From NCBI GenBank assembly GCA_964016885.1, contig OZ024741.1:286254001-286318000 (forward strand): 64,000 nt of DNA, read 5' to 3'. The translations under genes and the position numbers were made by a program. This stretch comes from Eledone cirrhosa. Lineage: Eukaryota. The notes under the pieces were generated by a model. The model was not told the origin of the DNA and made no database searches. It was given only the letters and a program-made list of their open reading frames with translations. Numbering within the stretch: position 1 is the stretch's first letter; every line of letters starts with the position of its first letter. Of this stretch, positions 1 through 12,604 are shown in pieces.

Positions 1-842
1 ATACATTATAAAGAAAGAAGAAACATTAGATATAATTAATAAGATATACCATACCCAAATTCCTTCACTAGTCCTCGACTACGTAGTTTCGTGGCATATT
101 ATGCAAAAACACTACATCACAGAAATATAGTAACTTTTGTGAGGTTTGCCGACTTATCAAGAGGATACCTCATTAAGAGTTTCAAAACACATCCGGAGGA
201 CGCGAGATAGAATCCCGAAAGGCGGAGGGGGAGTCAATCACGTGATATAGCGGTCAAGAAACAGAGCTAAGCCTCTTACAACCAATAAAAATACCACAAA
301 AGACGGCGGGGGGGGGGAGGGGTATTTATATCAAAGCCGTAGAAGAGATGGCTAGGATGGCGAGAAGTTTGAGTAATGATAGCTTTCCAGCAGTCTCTAC
401 ACTTCAATGGTTACTCTACCATATGGAGTTATAAACAATATAAACAAATACACAGATACATGCGAACACATACATATACATGAATATATCCACATATATC
501 CCTGAATTTGTGGTGCCAACCTCAACCGTTGTTGCTCTATGAATAACTGGGACAAAATAATCCAAATGGATTAGATTGATTCAGTATCAGAGATATATAA
601 AACATTATAAAGAAAGAAAAAACATTAGATATAATTAATAACATATACCACACCCAAATTCCTTCATTAGTCCTCGACTACTATAGTAATGTTTGTGAGG
701 TTTGCCGACTTATCAAGAGGATACCTCATTAAGAGTTTCAAAACACACCCGTAGGACGCGAGATAGAATCCCGAAAGGCGGAGGGGGAGTCAATCACGTG
801 ATATAGCGGTCAAGGAACAGAGCTAAGCCTCTTACAACCAAG
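1..842 (-). mobile_element. Non-coding repeat family A (probable PLE terminal repeat), two direct copies at ~1-295 and ~528-842
   Basis: The two blocks align over ~290 bp. A third copy lies at 53434-53742. The first copy carries a hammerhead-like motif and the locus ends next to (TA)n. The PLE assignment is inference. Confidence 0.5.
72..125 (-). ncRNA. Hammerhead-like motif with non-canonical 5' core
   Basis: Minus strand reads ctGTGATGT-AGTG..GCAT-AAT-ATGC-CAC-GAAAC-TACGTA-GTC-GAGGA. Stem III is the palindrome ACTACGTAGT. The 5' core deviates from CUGANGA. Confidence 0.45.
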
Positions 843-994
843 AAAAAAAAAATATATATATATATACATAAGGTAAACATTGATGCAATTCAATTCAAGC
901 ACTCAACGTACTTTTTCCACATAGGAGTGACGGTGTATATATCGAATAAGAAAAAGCGAAGTAGTTTCAGATGTTAAAGTCCTTTAATGATAAT

Positions 995-1069
995 GCTGTG
1001 ATACATATTTCAATAACGAGAGTGGCCACATGGTTCGGTGTACCCAGTGCCGTGACATCATCAGACAGC
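995..1069 (-). ncRNA. Type I hammerhead ribozyme, intact core
   Basis: Minus strand reads GCTGT-CTGATGA-[46-nt imperfect stem II]-GAAA-TATGTA-TC^ACAGC. Stem I (GCTGT/ACAGC) pairs perfectly and all core nucleotides are present. Confidence 0.7.
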
Positions 1070-2281
1070 TTCTTACATAATAAGGTTATGTTTCCGAGTC
1101 AATCCAAATTGAATCGACATGGGAACGGACAAAGCGTGTGCTCTTGAATTCTTCGTCCGTTCCGTTGTGAGTCCCAATTCACCCCCACCGGTCTGCGCAG
1201 GTGCAAGTCCGAAGGAAGTTGACCATCAACTACCCCAAAGTTCTACGAAATTCGCCTAGACAGGTCCCCCTCTCAACCAAACAATCACCCCATGCAGGTC
1301 TGTAATATGACACGATTATAGTTTACTGCTAGCCACCCTGCCAGTGGCATTTGGCCGAAAGCTAGTGGGGGTGGGAAAGTATGAGTTTCAATAGGTCTCA
1401 CTACTATCCCTAAATTAAACATAGAAAGTAGGATTGCCCATCACCCGCTAAGAGAATATATACTTATATCTAGGTATTATGGTTTCACTTTGGAAATTAT
1501 GATTGAGAATTAGAAATTAAAACTAAAAATAAAAAATTAAAGAAATTACAAGTTAAAATCTTGATTGAAGTAAGTAAAAAAATATATGTACATATAATAA
1601 CTAATAAATAGGGAGATGTTTAAATTATAGTAAGAAGGATCAATATTACAGATATATTATCCATATATTGAACGATAGTACCCTACAGTAGAACGGAGAG
1701 TAAATTACAGTATGAAACGTAGTAGTTAGGCAAATACATAGTTAATATCTCTATCACATGAATCAAAACAAAAAATACAAAATATAAAATACACAAAAAA
1801 TACAAAAAATACATAGATGCAAAATGAGATAGGAGATATATATGTAAAACGAGATAGGAGATATATATGAGAAACATATACGAGGAAGGTAAACTGTATG
1901 GAAATGAGGGTATACGTGGTTAAGATGATTGTCAATTTTGTCCATTTAAAGTGCATATAAAAATTCGTTATCTGATGAAGTGAGGGGGCTTCCATTCAAG
2001 GCCTCTGTGAAAATGCAATTTGCTGCAGGAAAATAGGGGTTTATCGTTATTTTTGGTTCCGCCTATTTATCCTGTCGAAAGTTAGTTTATAATTTTATGT
2101 CCGTCCAGTATCAGGGATTTCCAGTGTGTGTAATCAATCCCCATGGTAGAGGGAATTTCCGGGTGTAGCTGATGGCTGGTTCCTCTCTTCTCCACTATAT
2201 CGGTTACACCATAGAGCGCTCAACGTTTTGGAGCTAAATTCTTAAGGTAAGCATTGACGCATTTCAATTCAAGCACTCTCG

Positions 2282-2322
<41 letters not shown>

Positions 2323-2409
2323 ATGGAAAAATTTGAACAGGGACAAAACAGAGAGGCAGTACAACGAATGTTTATTAATTTCACGCTCTGGAGAGTGGAG
2401 TGTTGGTGG

Positions 2410-2449
2410 GGGACGACGTTTCGGGCATAAGCCCTTCCTCGGGTGAGAA
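2410..2449 (-). ncRNA. Minimal hammerhead ribozyme in the PLE 3' region (variant or degenerate)
   Basis: Minus strand reads ctcAC-CCGAGGA-A-GGGC-TTAT-GCCC-GAAAC-GTC^GT. Stem II is perfect and stem III is the ACGT palindrome. Core has U4>C and stem I is only 2 bp. Confidence 0.6.
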
Positions 2450-3970
2450 GTGTGTGGGAACAGAGTTCAAAGGGTGTGTAGGGGAGTGGTGGAGAGACAT
2501 ATAGCGAAAGGAAACGGTGCGAATGAAAAATAAAAAAATTAAAAAAATCAAGATAAAAATAAAAATAAAGCATGATCAAAATACAAGGAAGGAAATAAAT
2601 TTAAATATAAAAGCATGATCAAAATAAACTGAAATTAAAAGGGGGGTAAAACAGGTGGTGGAAGGGTGTGGGGTATGTAGGGGTGGTGGCGGGTGGAGTG
2701 GGGAGGGGGAGACGGGGTGTCCGAGCGGGGAGGGCTGAAGGTGGTGTGTGTGTAGGTGTACGTGTGTGTGTGTGTGTGTATGTGAAAGTAAGGGTTGGGG
2801 GAAGAACGGGGTTGCATGTTCAGGAAGAGGTGTGGGGGGGGGGGGGGGGGGGGTCGGAGTGTCTGTGCGTGTGTGGATAGAGGGGTGGGGGGAGAGGAAT
2901 CAGGAGGCTGAGGGTGTAAATATGTGGTGGAAAGCACGTGTGTGTGGGGTTTAAGCGTGTTGTGGGTGTAGGTGGCGTGTGGAGAAAAAAATGTTTTTGG
3001 GGTGTGTGTGTGGGTGAGTTATATAGGTGATTACGTAAGAGGATGGTTGAAAAGTGTGTATATTCCAAAGGTGGTTAGTGGATTCTGGGTTGGTCAATTT
3101 CTGCGTGCGGGTATTCCATGAAGCGATGGTCGGAAGAGGAGAGATGTGGGGTGCGCGCGCAACAGGAAGTGGTCAAGCAGTGGGAGTGCTGTGTGTCTGT
3201 TTGTGCTGGGAGGTGGTCAGAGGGCATAGCAGCAGTCGGTGGAATGGTAAAGAGGCGAGGATGGGTAGGTGTGAAAGTTGGAGTGAGGAGGGTGTGTGTG
3301 TGTGTATTAGTAGAGGTGTTAGTGGGATGAGTGAGTGTGGAGCGAGATGTGGGTGGAGCGGGGAGAGAAGGGTGTGTGTGGTTCTATGGAGGGAGTGTGG
3401 TGTACTGGTGTGTGTGTAGTTTGATGAAGGGGTGTTAGTGGGTGTTAGTATACGGGAGGTGGGGAGGGGTGGATGCAGGTCTGAGTGGGGGTTAGTGGTG
3501 GTGGTAGGGTGTGTAGAGTTGGTGGTGTACGAGGGTGTGTGGGTATGTGTGCGTGGGGTTGGGGGGGGGGGTTAGTGATGTTAGTTGCGTGTGGGGTGGG
3601 TGGTGTAAGTGGGTGCGTGTGTTCGTGTGCTTGGGTTAGGGGGTGTTAGTGGGGTTAGTTTCGGGGTGGTGGGATGGAGGTGTGGGGGTGAGAGGTGTGG
3701 GGGTGAGGGTTAGTGGTGGTAGTAGGGTGTGTGTTTAGTGTGAGCGCGTGTATATATGTGCCAGTGGGTGTGTGCGTGTGATAAGGAGGGGGAGGAGGAG
3801 AAGAAGGAAGGGATATTAGTATGTTAGTTGGGGAAGGGTGGTCAGATGAGGGGTGGAGTGGAGGTGTTAGTATTGTTTGTTGTGGGGTGGGCGGTGAAAA
3901 GGAGGGGTATGTTAGTGGTGTTAGTGGTGTTAGTGGGAGATAAGTGTGGGGGGAGGGGGGCGGTCGAAGG

Positions 3971-5890
3971 CTAAAGGAATAAGGGTGGGGAGTTCAGGCC
4001 GGGGGGAGTGTGGGTCTGTAAGATGAAGATAGTTCTTTGTTCGACTCTAAGGCGATTGGCGGGTGTTCCGTGGCACTGGAGTAGGCCACAGACTGTGAGA
4101 TGGCGTGCGGAATGTCCAGGGCCACCAAAGTGGCGGGCGATACCCCCGAGACGAATATCCCGGAGGTGTTCAGTGAATCGGTCCGCCAGGCGACGTCCCG
4201 TCTGTCCGACAAAGGTTGGAGGAGGTGCAGCGGAAGGCATGACGGACAGAGAGTGAGTGGCCGTTGGGACCCTGGAAGGTGGTGGTGTTGGTGATGTGGG
4301 GACAGGTGTTGCAGCGGGGCCTAGAACAGGGAAAGGAACCGGGGGGAAACAGAGCGTGGGTTGGGGGTAGGGAGCTGTGGACGAGGAGGGTGCGGAGATT
4401 GCGTGCGCGTTTGAAGGAGGGGAGTGGTGGGGTTGGGTAGATGTGGGAGGTGGAGGGGTCGGACTGGAGGCGTCGGAAGAGGCGGCGGATGGTGCGGTGG
4501 AGGGGTAAGGTGGAGGGGTGGTAGGTGATGGGGAAGGGGAGACGGTGGGTGAGTGTGCGGGGGCGTGGGGTGAGGGTGGGTGTGCGGGGGCGTGGGGTGA
4601 GGGTGGTGGAGCGGGGGACAGCACGGGCGCGGGTGAGAGCGGTGTGGACGAGAGGGGGGGGGAGTAACCTCTGCGGATGAAATGGCTGACTAGGGAAAGG
4701 GCCTGGGACTCAAAGTCAGCATCTCGGCTACAGAGGCGGCGGATCCTGAGAAGTTGGGAGTAGGGAATGGAGTGTTTAGTGTGGGTGGGGTGGGAAGAGG
4801 TGAAGTCGAGGTAAGAGTGGGAGTCGGTGGGTTTGAAGAAGGCGGAGGTGACGAGGGAGTGGTGGGAGGGGTCGAAGGCGACGGAGATGTCTAAGAAGTG
4901 GACGTGGGTGGTGGAGATAGAGGTGGTGAAGTGGAGGGAGGGGTGGAAGGAGCAGAAGAAGGAGAGAAAGGAGTCGAGCTGTTCTCGGGTAAGGGTCGTG
5001 GCTCCGATAAAGTCGTCAATGTAACGACCGTACAGTTCGGGCGTGGGGCCGGTGTACTGGGCAAAGATTTGGGCCTCAACATGGCCAACAAAAAGGTTGG
5101 CATAGTTCGGGCCCATTCTTGTACCCATGGCTACCCCCGTGACCTGTTGGTAAAAATCACCCGAGAAGGAGAAACAATTCAGGGTGAGGACCAGCTCGGC
5201 GAAGCGAAGGAGGGTGGGGTGGAGGGAATGGGGGAGGGGCGAAGGTCGAGGTAGTGTTTGAGGGCGCGTAGGCCGTCGGCGTGGGGGATGACGGTATAGG
5301 GGGACTTGATGTCTAGGGTGAAGAGGAAGGGCTGTGGGCCGGGTGGGTAGGTGAAGGAGTCGAAAAGGCGCAGGGCGTGGTTGGTGTCGGAGATGTGGGA
5401 GGGGAGGGTGGTGACAAGGGGTGCGAGGAGGGAGTTGAGAAAGGCGGAGATGAGTTCGGTGGGGCAGTTGCAAGCGGAGACGATGGGGCGGCCGGGGTTG
5501 TCGGGTTTGTGGAGTTTGGGGAGGAAGTAGATGGTGGGGGTGCGGCGGGTGCGGACGATGAGGTGGGAAGCGGTGGGGGGAGGAGGGAGGAGGCGATAGG
5601 TCTTTGATGTTGGAGGAGACTTGTTGTTGGTAGAGGGGGGTGGGATCGGAGGGTAGAGGGCGGTAAAAGAGGGGGTTACAGAGCTGTCTGAGGGCTTCGG
5701 CCGTGTAGAGGTCCGCGCGCCACACCACTACGGCGCCTCCCTTGTCCGCCGGTTTGATGACGATGTCATTTCCGCTACGGAGGGAGCGGAGAGCGAGGAG
5801 TTCGCTCCGTGAGATATTGTACCGTTTGGAACGGTGGCGGAAGTCGAAACGATTTACTGCGCTACGGCTGGCGTCGACGAAGACGTCCAG
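3971..5890 (-). pseudogene. PLE reverse transcriptase plus GIY-YIG endonuclease, with compensating frameshifts
   Basis: Motifs IVIKPADKGGAVVVW, YQQVTGVAMGTRMGPNYANLFVG, YGRYIDD, HFLDI, HPTHTKHSIPYSQLLRIRRLCS and FVGQTGRRLADRFTEH. The Pro-rich stretches are out-of-frame segments. Confidence 0.85.
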
Positions 5891-5892
5891 GG

Positions 5893-5945
<53 letters not shown>

Positions 5946-6084
5946 GAGATTCTATACATATATATATATATGCGTGTGAGGGTATACACACACACAAGAG
6001 CTAATGCGTACATACAAATTGATAACTGCGCGCGTGCGTGTGAGTGTGTTTGCGTTAAAATATTTATGTATAACTTGTTGCTGT

Positions 6085-7025
6085 GTGTTATCAAGCAGTT
6101 TCCGGAGACTAGGGAGCTTCACACTATCAAAAGCTTTGGTGAAATCGATGAATGCTATATACGCTGTGCATTTAAATTCCATTGATGTTTCAATAATTTT
6201 CTCCAAGACAATTATTTGTTCAACAGTACCTCTACCAGGTTGATATGCCGCCTGAGATACAGGAAAGGATGTAAAGAGATCATCCTTAACGTGAAGTAAT
6301 GATGCTAATATTCAAGTTTTCAACATGACTTAAGACGCTGATTGGATGGTAATTTCCACAATCCAGTCAGTTATCCTTTTTTTTTAAGATAACCACTATA
6401 AGCGCTTCTTTAACGGCTTGGGGTAGTGAGACAGTGACTATTATTCGATTGAAAAGATGTTATAAGACATCCACTAAGGTTTATCCACCAGCTTTGAGGT
6501 ATTCTCAGTAGACTCTATCTATTCCTGGACTTTCAAATTATTGATTGCGTACTCTACTTCTGATTTTAGAATAGCTGGAATAGGATCATATAATGTATCA
6601 ACAATAAAAATTACAAGAGAGCCATCAAAGTAGAGCTCTTCATAAAATTTGGCCCAATGATCTAAGATATCATTTTTGCTGGTCAATAAATTGCCATCAT
6701 CGTCTTTCATGCCCCAGCATATATTTTTTGGTTGGTTTTGCTCCCAACTTTTTCAGAACAACATGATACTATTTGTGAGGTGGTTGAGTGCTAAAGGAAT
6801 CTACATGTTTCTATATGTTCTTTAATCTCTAGTTCTTAACCAGAAGCAAAAAACAACAGATATTGGCATCTCCAGGCATAACGACATACTGAAAAGAGTA
6901 AAACAAAGTGACTTTCTTTAAGGCTTTATTCTTCTGCCTTGACATAGAATCCATTGATGACTTTGAGGTCCATATGAGGAAAGGGGCTTCCGAGAAATCA
7001 GATATTGCCTTCCTGGTAGGTGTAT
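6085..7025 (-). pseudogene. RTE-like LINE ORF fragment (linker and N-terminal RT)
   Basis: Translations MKDDDGNLLTSKNDILDHWAKFYEELY, YQPGRGTVEQIIVLEKIIE and AYIAFIDFTKAFDSV, with several disruptions. Confidence 0.7.
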
Positions 7026-7148
7026 CCATTTTAATTCATATATGTATATGTGTATGTGCGTATGGATGCATTCTTATGTGGTTGACGGCCGAAAGAAACG
7101 AGTATTCAATACCGAAATAGAGTTTTAATATTTATTTTATTAAGGCTA

Positions 7149-7268
7149 AATAGCGAGTTTTGTTACTCTAGAGTTTCGCCTGCTTATCACAAGGTTATCA
7201 GACAAAAGTTCTTGATTGAAAGCCTTGTGATAAGCAGGTGTAACTCCAGGTTAACAAGACTCACTATT
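7149..7268. ncRNA. Inverted pair of degenerate hammerhead cassettes
   Basis: Minus copy at 7158-7207 reads TTTTGT-CTGATAA-CCTTGTGATAAGCAGGC-GAAAC-TCTAGA-GTA^ACAAAA. A more decayed plus-strand copy at ~7210-7260 forms the other arm of a ~48-bp inverted repeat. Confidence 0.6.
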
Positions 7269-8920
7269 CATAATTTGTACATATATATATATATATAGAG
7301 AGAGAGATATATATTTAAAAGAAGTCATCGGAAGAACCGGTGTATCTCCGATCGTTCTGTCACTCACTCAATGGTTTACTTAAGCCAACATCACTAGGAT
7401 ACCAACCAAAAAGGAAAGCAGAGTGCACACTTACACGTTAATAGTGAGAGAAACGATTTCGTGTCGGTAGAGAATTTACTTCTCCCTGACTAGGCACTAG
7501 TTTCTGTTACCCTATATGCTGGTGGCAGTCCATGTAGGACTGGCGTGCACAGAAATTAAGTAATGTTATTAAACATTATTTAATCGGCTAAGAGTAACTT
7601 CATCGACAGTGAGCTAGCCTCCTCGGAACAGGGCAAATACTCGCCCACTGCATTCGGTGTGGAATGGCCATTACAGTAGTTAGCGCCACTACCAGTGTCA
7701 TATGACAGTGAAAGGGAGCTAAGCTAGTATTCCCTATTTTGAGGAACACGATGGTCATTTTACAAATTGGAAAATGTATATATGAGTCCGTGTCTGTGTT
7801 TAACTTACATGTAAGTGTTTAATGTTTACAAAATGTTAGGCTGACTTCATATGTTACTTTACAATTAAACCTAAAACATATTGCCACTACAGCAAAATGC
7901 TACACGCTTTTCTCTATAAATATACACACGTATACGCATATACAGAAATACGTATCTATATTGTAATATTGTACATATCGGTATATATCTATGTGTCAAA
8001 GTGTTTGTTTGTGTGTGAGTGTACTCAGTATATAATCTCGAAATTTATTTGTCCAAAAATTAGTTTTGTGAAAATTGTATCCCTCACATTTCAGCTTTCG
8101 ACGTTTTTCGTAAACACCATCAATATGCAATGTTCCAGTGGTACGCATTAGTTTGTTCTATTATTTGTAAATTCAAAGAATTTTATCTATTTTCCACAAT
8201 CTATGATATTGAAACATTAAAGGGTTAAATTCTGATAGTTTTCTTGAAATGTTTGATGTTGTTATCAGCCACAAAATGAATATTTTCCTGATAACACATT
8301 AAAATTATCTTCATTTAGGGGAAGTTTTATCTGATTAAATTTATCGGAAAAATAAAAATGTATGAGTACGTATAACAAAATCGCTTCTTTAACCCTAAAT
8401 TGCACATAAAGTCAGCTTTATTTTGACCGTAGTTATATCAGGCATTAATAAATATATATCAAACTCTACATACTTAGATAGCACTGTTGTTTTTTACCAC
8501 AAATTCACAAAAGAAAGCACACGTGTGTATGTGTGCGTATGTGTGCATTAGTGTGTGTGTGTGCATGCATATCTCATCCATCCCACATAGACAGAGATAA
8601 AACTCAAATGCAGGCAATTACTGATACACAATAGCCAACACCACCACCATCTACAACCAACGTGATGCAGACTTGACAGAAACACTCACTGTGAATCTGA
8701 GGGGTAATTCCGAGAATTATGTAGTATATGATAACAATTTCCATCTTAAGCACAAGCTTAACGATTTGAGAGAAAGAAAAAGTCGATTACACCGACCGCA
8801 GTATGTGACTAGCACTTATTTTGTCAACCCGTTGATGGATGAACGGCAAAGATAATTTGACGTGATTTGAACTCAGAACGTAAAGATGCATGAGAACTTT
8901 CAGGTCCTGTACAATCTCGC

Positions 8921-8944
8921 ATATATATATATGTGTGTGTGTGT

Positions 8945-8984
<40 letters not shown>

Positions 8985-9113
8985 CTTGATATATATATAT
9001 ATATATATATATATATCCATACACACACACACATACTCACACACATATAATATATATATATACATATGTATATATATATATATAGTAAGAATATATATAT
9101 ATATATACATACG

Positions 9114-9149
<36 letters not shown>

Positions 9150-9159
9150 CATATGTGTA

Positions 9160-9232
<73 letters not shown>

Positions 9233-9234
9233 CT

Positions 9235-9292
<58 letters not shown>

Positions 9293-9446
9293 ATACACAC
9301 ACACATACTCACACACATATAATATATATATATACATATGTATATATATATATATAGTAAGAATATATATATATATATATATACATACATATATATATAT
9401 ATATATGTGGGTGGGTGCATGTGTGTATGTGTGTGTATGTGTATGT

Positions 9447-9499
<53 letters not shown>
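8921..9499. repeat. Compound (TA)n/(TG)n/(CA)n microsatellite with a ~240-bp higher-order duplication
   Basis: The unique spacers GCGTGTCTTG, CATACTCAC and GTAAGAA each recur twice in the same order. Confidence 0.85.
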
Positions 9500-9500
<1 letters not shown>

Positions 9501-9780
9501 TTTTCATTATTTTTTTCAAATGGCATCGATCGATAAACGTACCTGGCAGAATTCAGTAGTAGCATTTCGTTTCGTTAAAATACTACTCCTGTATATCAAC
9601 TGTTGAAAATGTTGGTGAGCCTTGCTATTTGTGGGGAAGAAGGCTGTCAAATGTGACATGTGGTATTTTCATGTTCCGCTCACATGTAGACATCTACAGG
9701 ATACAGACGTCTGGAAATGTCACCATCTATTATATTTTACTTTTCAAGCTACACTGTAATTGTGTTTTTGATATAATCGT

Positions 9781-9857
9781 AGTCGTCGTCGTCGTCGTCG
9801 TCGTCGTCTTCTTCTTCTTCTTCTTCTTCTTCTTCTTCTTCTTCTTCTTCTTCTTCT

Positions 9858-9898
<41 letters not shown>

Positions 9899-10043
9899 TT
9901 CTTCTTCTTCTTCTTCTTCTTCTTCTTCTTCTTCTTCTTCTTCTTCTTCTTCTTCTTCTTCGTCGTCGTCGTCGTCGTCGTCATCGTCGTCTTCTTCTTC
10001 TTCTTCTTCTTCTTCTTCTTCTTCTTCTTCTTCTTCTTCTTCT

Positions 10044-10081
<38 letters not shown>

Positions 10082-10090
10082 TTCTTCTTC

Positions 10091-10122
<32 letters not shown>

Positions 10123-10246
10123 CTTCTTCGTCGTCGTCGTCGTCGTCGTCTTCTTCTTCTTCTTCTTCTTCTTCTTCTTCTTCTTCTTCTTCTTCTTCTT
10201 CTTCTTCTTCTTCTTCTTCTTCTTCTTCTTCTTCTTCTTCTTCTTC
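9781..10246. repeat. Alternating (GTC)n/(TTC)n compound trinucleotide microsatellite
   Basis: Five in-register alternations of GTC and TTC blocks are directly visible. Confidence 0.95.
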
Positions 10247-10814
10247 TGTCTGCTTTAATTGCTTGTTTAATATATAACACAACTGGTTGTTTGAGTTGAA
10301 TCAAGAAATAGTATGTCAAATAGAAATCCTCATTGTATTAATTTGTTTTATATTTATCTTCTGTATTCCAAGCAAGCAACTGTAGTAAATAAGCAATAGA
10401 TGTATGGATTATATTGACTGGTGTTTATTATTATCCATGGCGTCACATTTCTGAATTTAAATTCCATTGGGAAAAACTGAAATCCTTCCGAGACCTATGA
10501 AATACGCGCAAGTTAATTTAGTTAAATATAACTACCCTTCAAGAAAAATAGTCTTAAAATAAAATGGCCGACAAGTAAAAATTAAATACACTAAAACATC
10601 AAGTTTAACGTGTAAATATAAATTATTATTGTGTATTAATTAAAAGACAATATGGAGGACAAAAACAAAAACGTTATAATGGTTATTACGTGTCTATGCA
10701 CTTACGTTTGTTTGTGCTTCGAATCAATTTGTGTTTTTCATTTCAACTATTTTCATCACAGTTTTAAAAGAACAACAATATGCTTACATTTATTAAGCAT
10801 TATTTAAACGGAAG

Positions 10815-11195
10815 TAACGGAATAGCATTGGTCAACATACTTTGCAGCATATAGTTACGACTCTTTACGTTCTGAGTTTAAATGCCTCCATGGTTAGCTT
10901 TGCATTTCATTCTTACGGGTTCAATAAAATAAAGTCACAGTAACACACTAAATTCGATTTAATCGACTTCCTTTTCCCCCAAATTGTTGGCCTCGCGCCT
11001 AAATCAGAAACCATTATTATTGGCAGTATAGGTAGAGGGTCGGACGCCATGCTTTGACGCATAGAGTTACGGCCCTTGCTAGTTCAAATCCCGCCGAGGT
11101 TGACTTTGCCTTTCATCCTTACGGGGTCGATAAAATAAAGTACCAGTAATGCACTGGGTAATTGCTGGCCTTGTGCCTAAAGTAGAAACAATTAT
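10815..11195 (+). mobile_element. Two tandem tRNA-type SINE copies
   Basis: B-box-like GTTCAAATCCC, the central domain GAGGTTGACTTTGCCTTTCATCCTTACGGGGTCGATAAAATAAAGTACCAG, and a tail GGCCTTGTGCCTAAA followed by ATTATT. The family recurs more than 12 times in the window. Confidence 0.75.
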
Positions 11196-11416
11196 TTAGA
11201 GAGGTTTCATTTTCTCTTGGGTTTCACGATTTACTTATATTTTGAACATCTACACGTATGTATCTATGGACTTATAATTCTTGATGAAGTAGTAGGGGTG
11301 TGGTCGTGACACACGGCGTATCTTGTGCACTTTAAACCGGTCCAGTTCACCCCTATTCCTATTTGTGTCCATCTTTTCCAATCTTTATTCCTGAGTGTTT
11401 GTCTGTCTATCTATCT

Positions 11417-11575
<159 letters not shown>

Positions 11576-11659
11576 CATTTAAGTTTGGTCGTTCACATAG
11601 TGTTTGCTATAATAAATCTTTGAAGGAATTTCACCATTCCGGCCTCCTGTCATTTTACT

Positions 11660-11706
<47 letters not shown>

Positions 11707-12604
11707 GTATATACGTGTGTATGTATGTGTGTTTGCCTGTTACGTACCTTCTTCAGGAAGATATATCTACAGAGATTGGAGATGGATATGAAGTGTAATG
11801 GCTCATGAAATATAGACAGAAGATAAGTATAATGCAGAAGCAAGAATACAGGCGTGAGGGAAAACGTCACTGGGGTCGAAAGATATAAAACTATGAAAGA
11901 TGTGATATGTACGAAATGGTATAAAACATCAATCATAAGATAAATATTAATTTAAGGTCATACAATTTCTAATTACTAATTGAAAATATGTTCAAATTAT
12001 ATTACTAATTAGTTTGTTCATATTTGCATACTGTTTCATTGTTAAGAATAATAAACTTCTTTCGAATTTTATCCCCTTTCCGATTATATCGCATCCAAAA
12101 GCGAGGGGCCAGTACTCAAAACTAAACTTTCCATCATCCCAATCTTTCTAGCATAGCTCAGTGATTCGTAATGCTTTTCTTCATATTATATATAAGATAG
12201 CCAGAAGAAGTAGAGGCAATTTCTTTGTAAATTTCTATGATTAATGTATTTAATCGTCAGCTTGAATAGCTATAGGTATGTACATGCGTGTGGTGTCGGA
12301 ATATATGTGGAGGGACTTAACAATTTAGAGTGGTACGATTGTATACTTTTGTATTTTAGTGCTAAATCTAGAAGAAGGGATACCATATGGCTGATGGACA
12401 AAAAGCGATGAATCGAGTGAGTCTATGAAGAAACTGTGCCGAGAAACTTTTCAGAGGAGAAGACCTCATTTTAGTTGCAATATGAAAAATTTATCGAGAT
12501 TGTCAATCCAAAAATGATATGGATTCCGTCTGGTATATTAGTTTCCTTTTATGGCTTAATCCGAAATTTAATCAGTTTGAACGGACCCGTAATTCCAGCG
12601 AATT

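Larger units (their letters stand above)
2322..5892 (-). mobile_element. Penelope-like retroelement, 5'-truncated and decayed, with a long C/A-rich 3' UTR
   Basis: RT and GIY-YIG motifs (see pseudogene entry), a terminal hammerhead at 2410-2449, and (TA)n tracts on both sides (~2298-2321 and ~5893-5912). Confidence 0.85.

Noticed and set aside
1968-2025. CTGATGA...GAAAATGCA possible hammerhead
   Set aside because: Stem II is only partly paired and there is no convincing UH site or stem I.
3971-6094. 707-aa ORF as an intact protein
   Set aside because: The N-terminus runs through microsatellites and the Pro-rich segments are out of frame; the C-rich strand simply lacks stops.
8217-8400. AGGGTTAA / TTAACCCT piggyBac-like ends
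   Set aside because: The two motifs face outward rather than enclosing an element, and no partner TIRs were identified.
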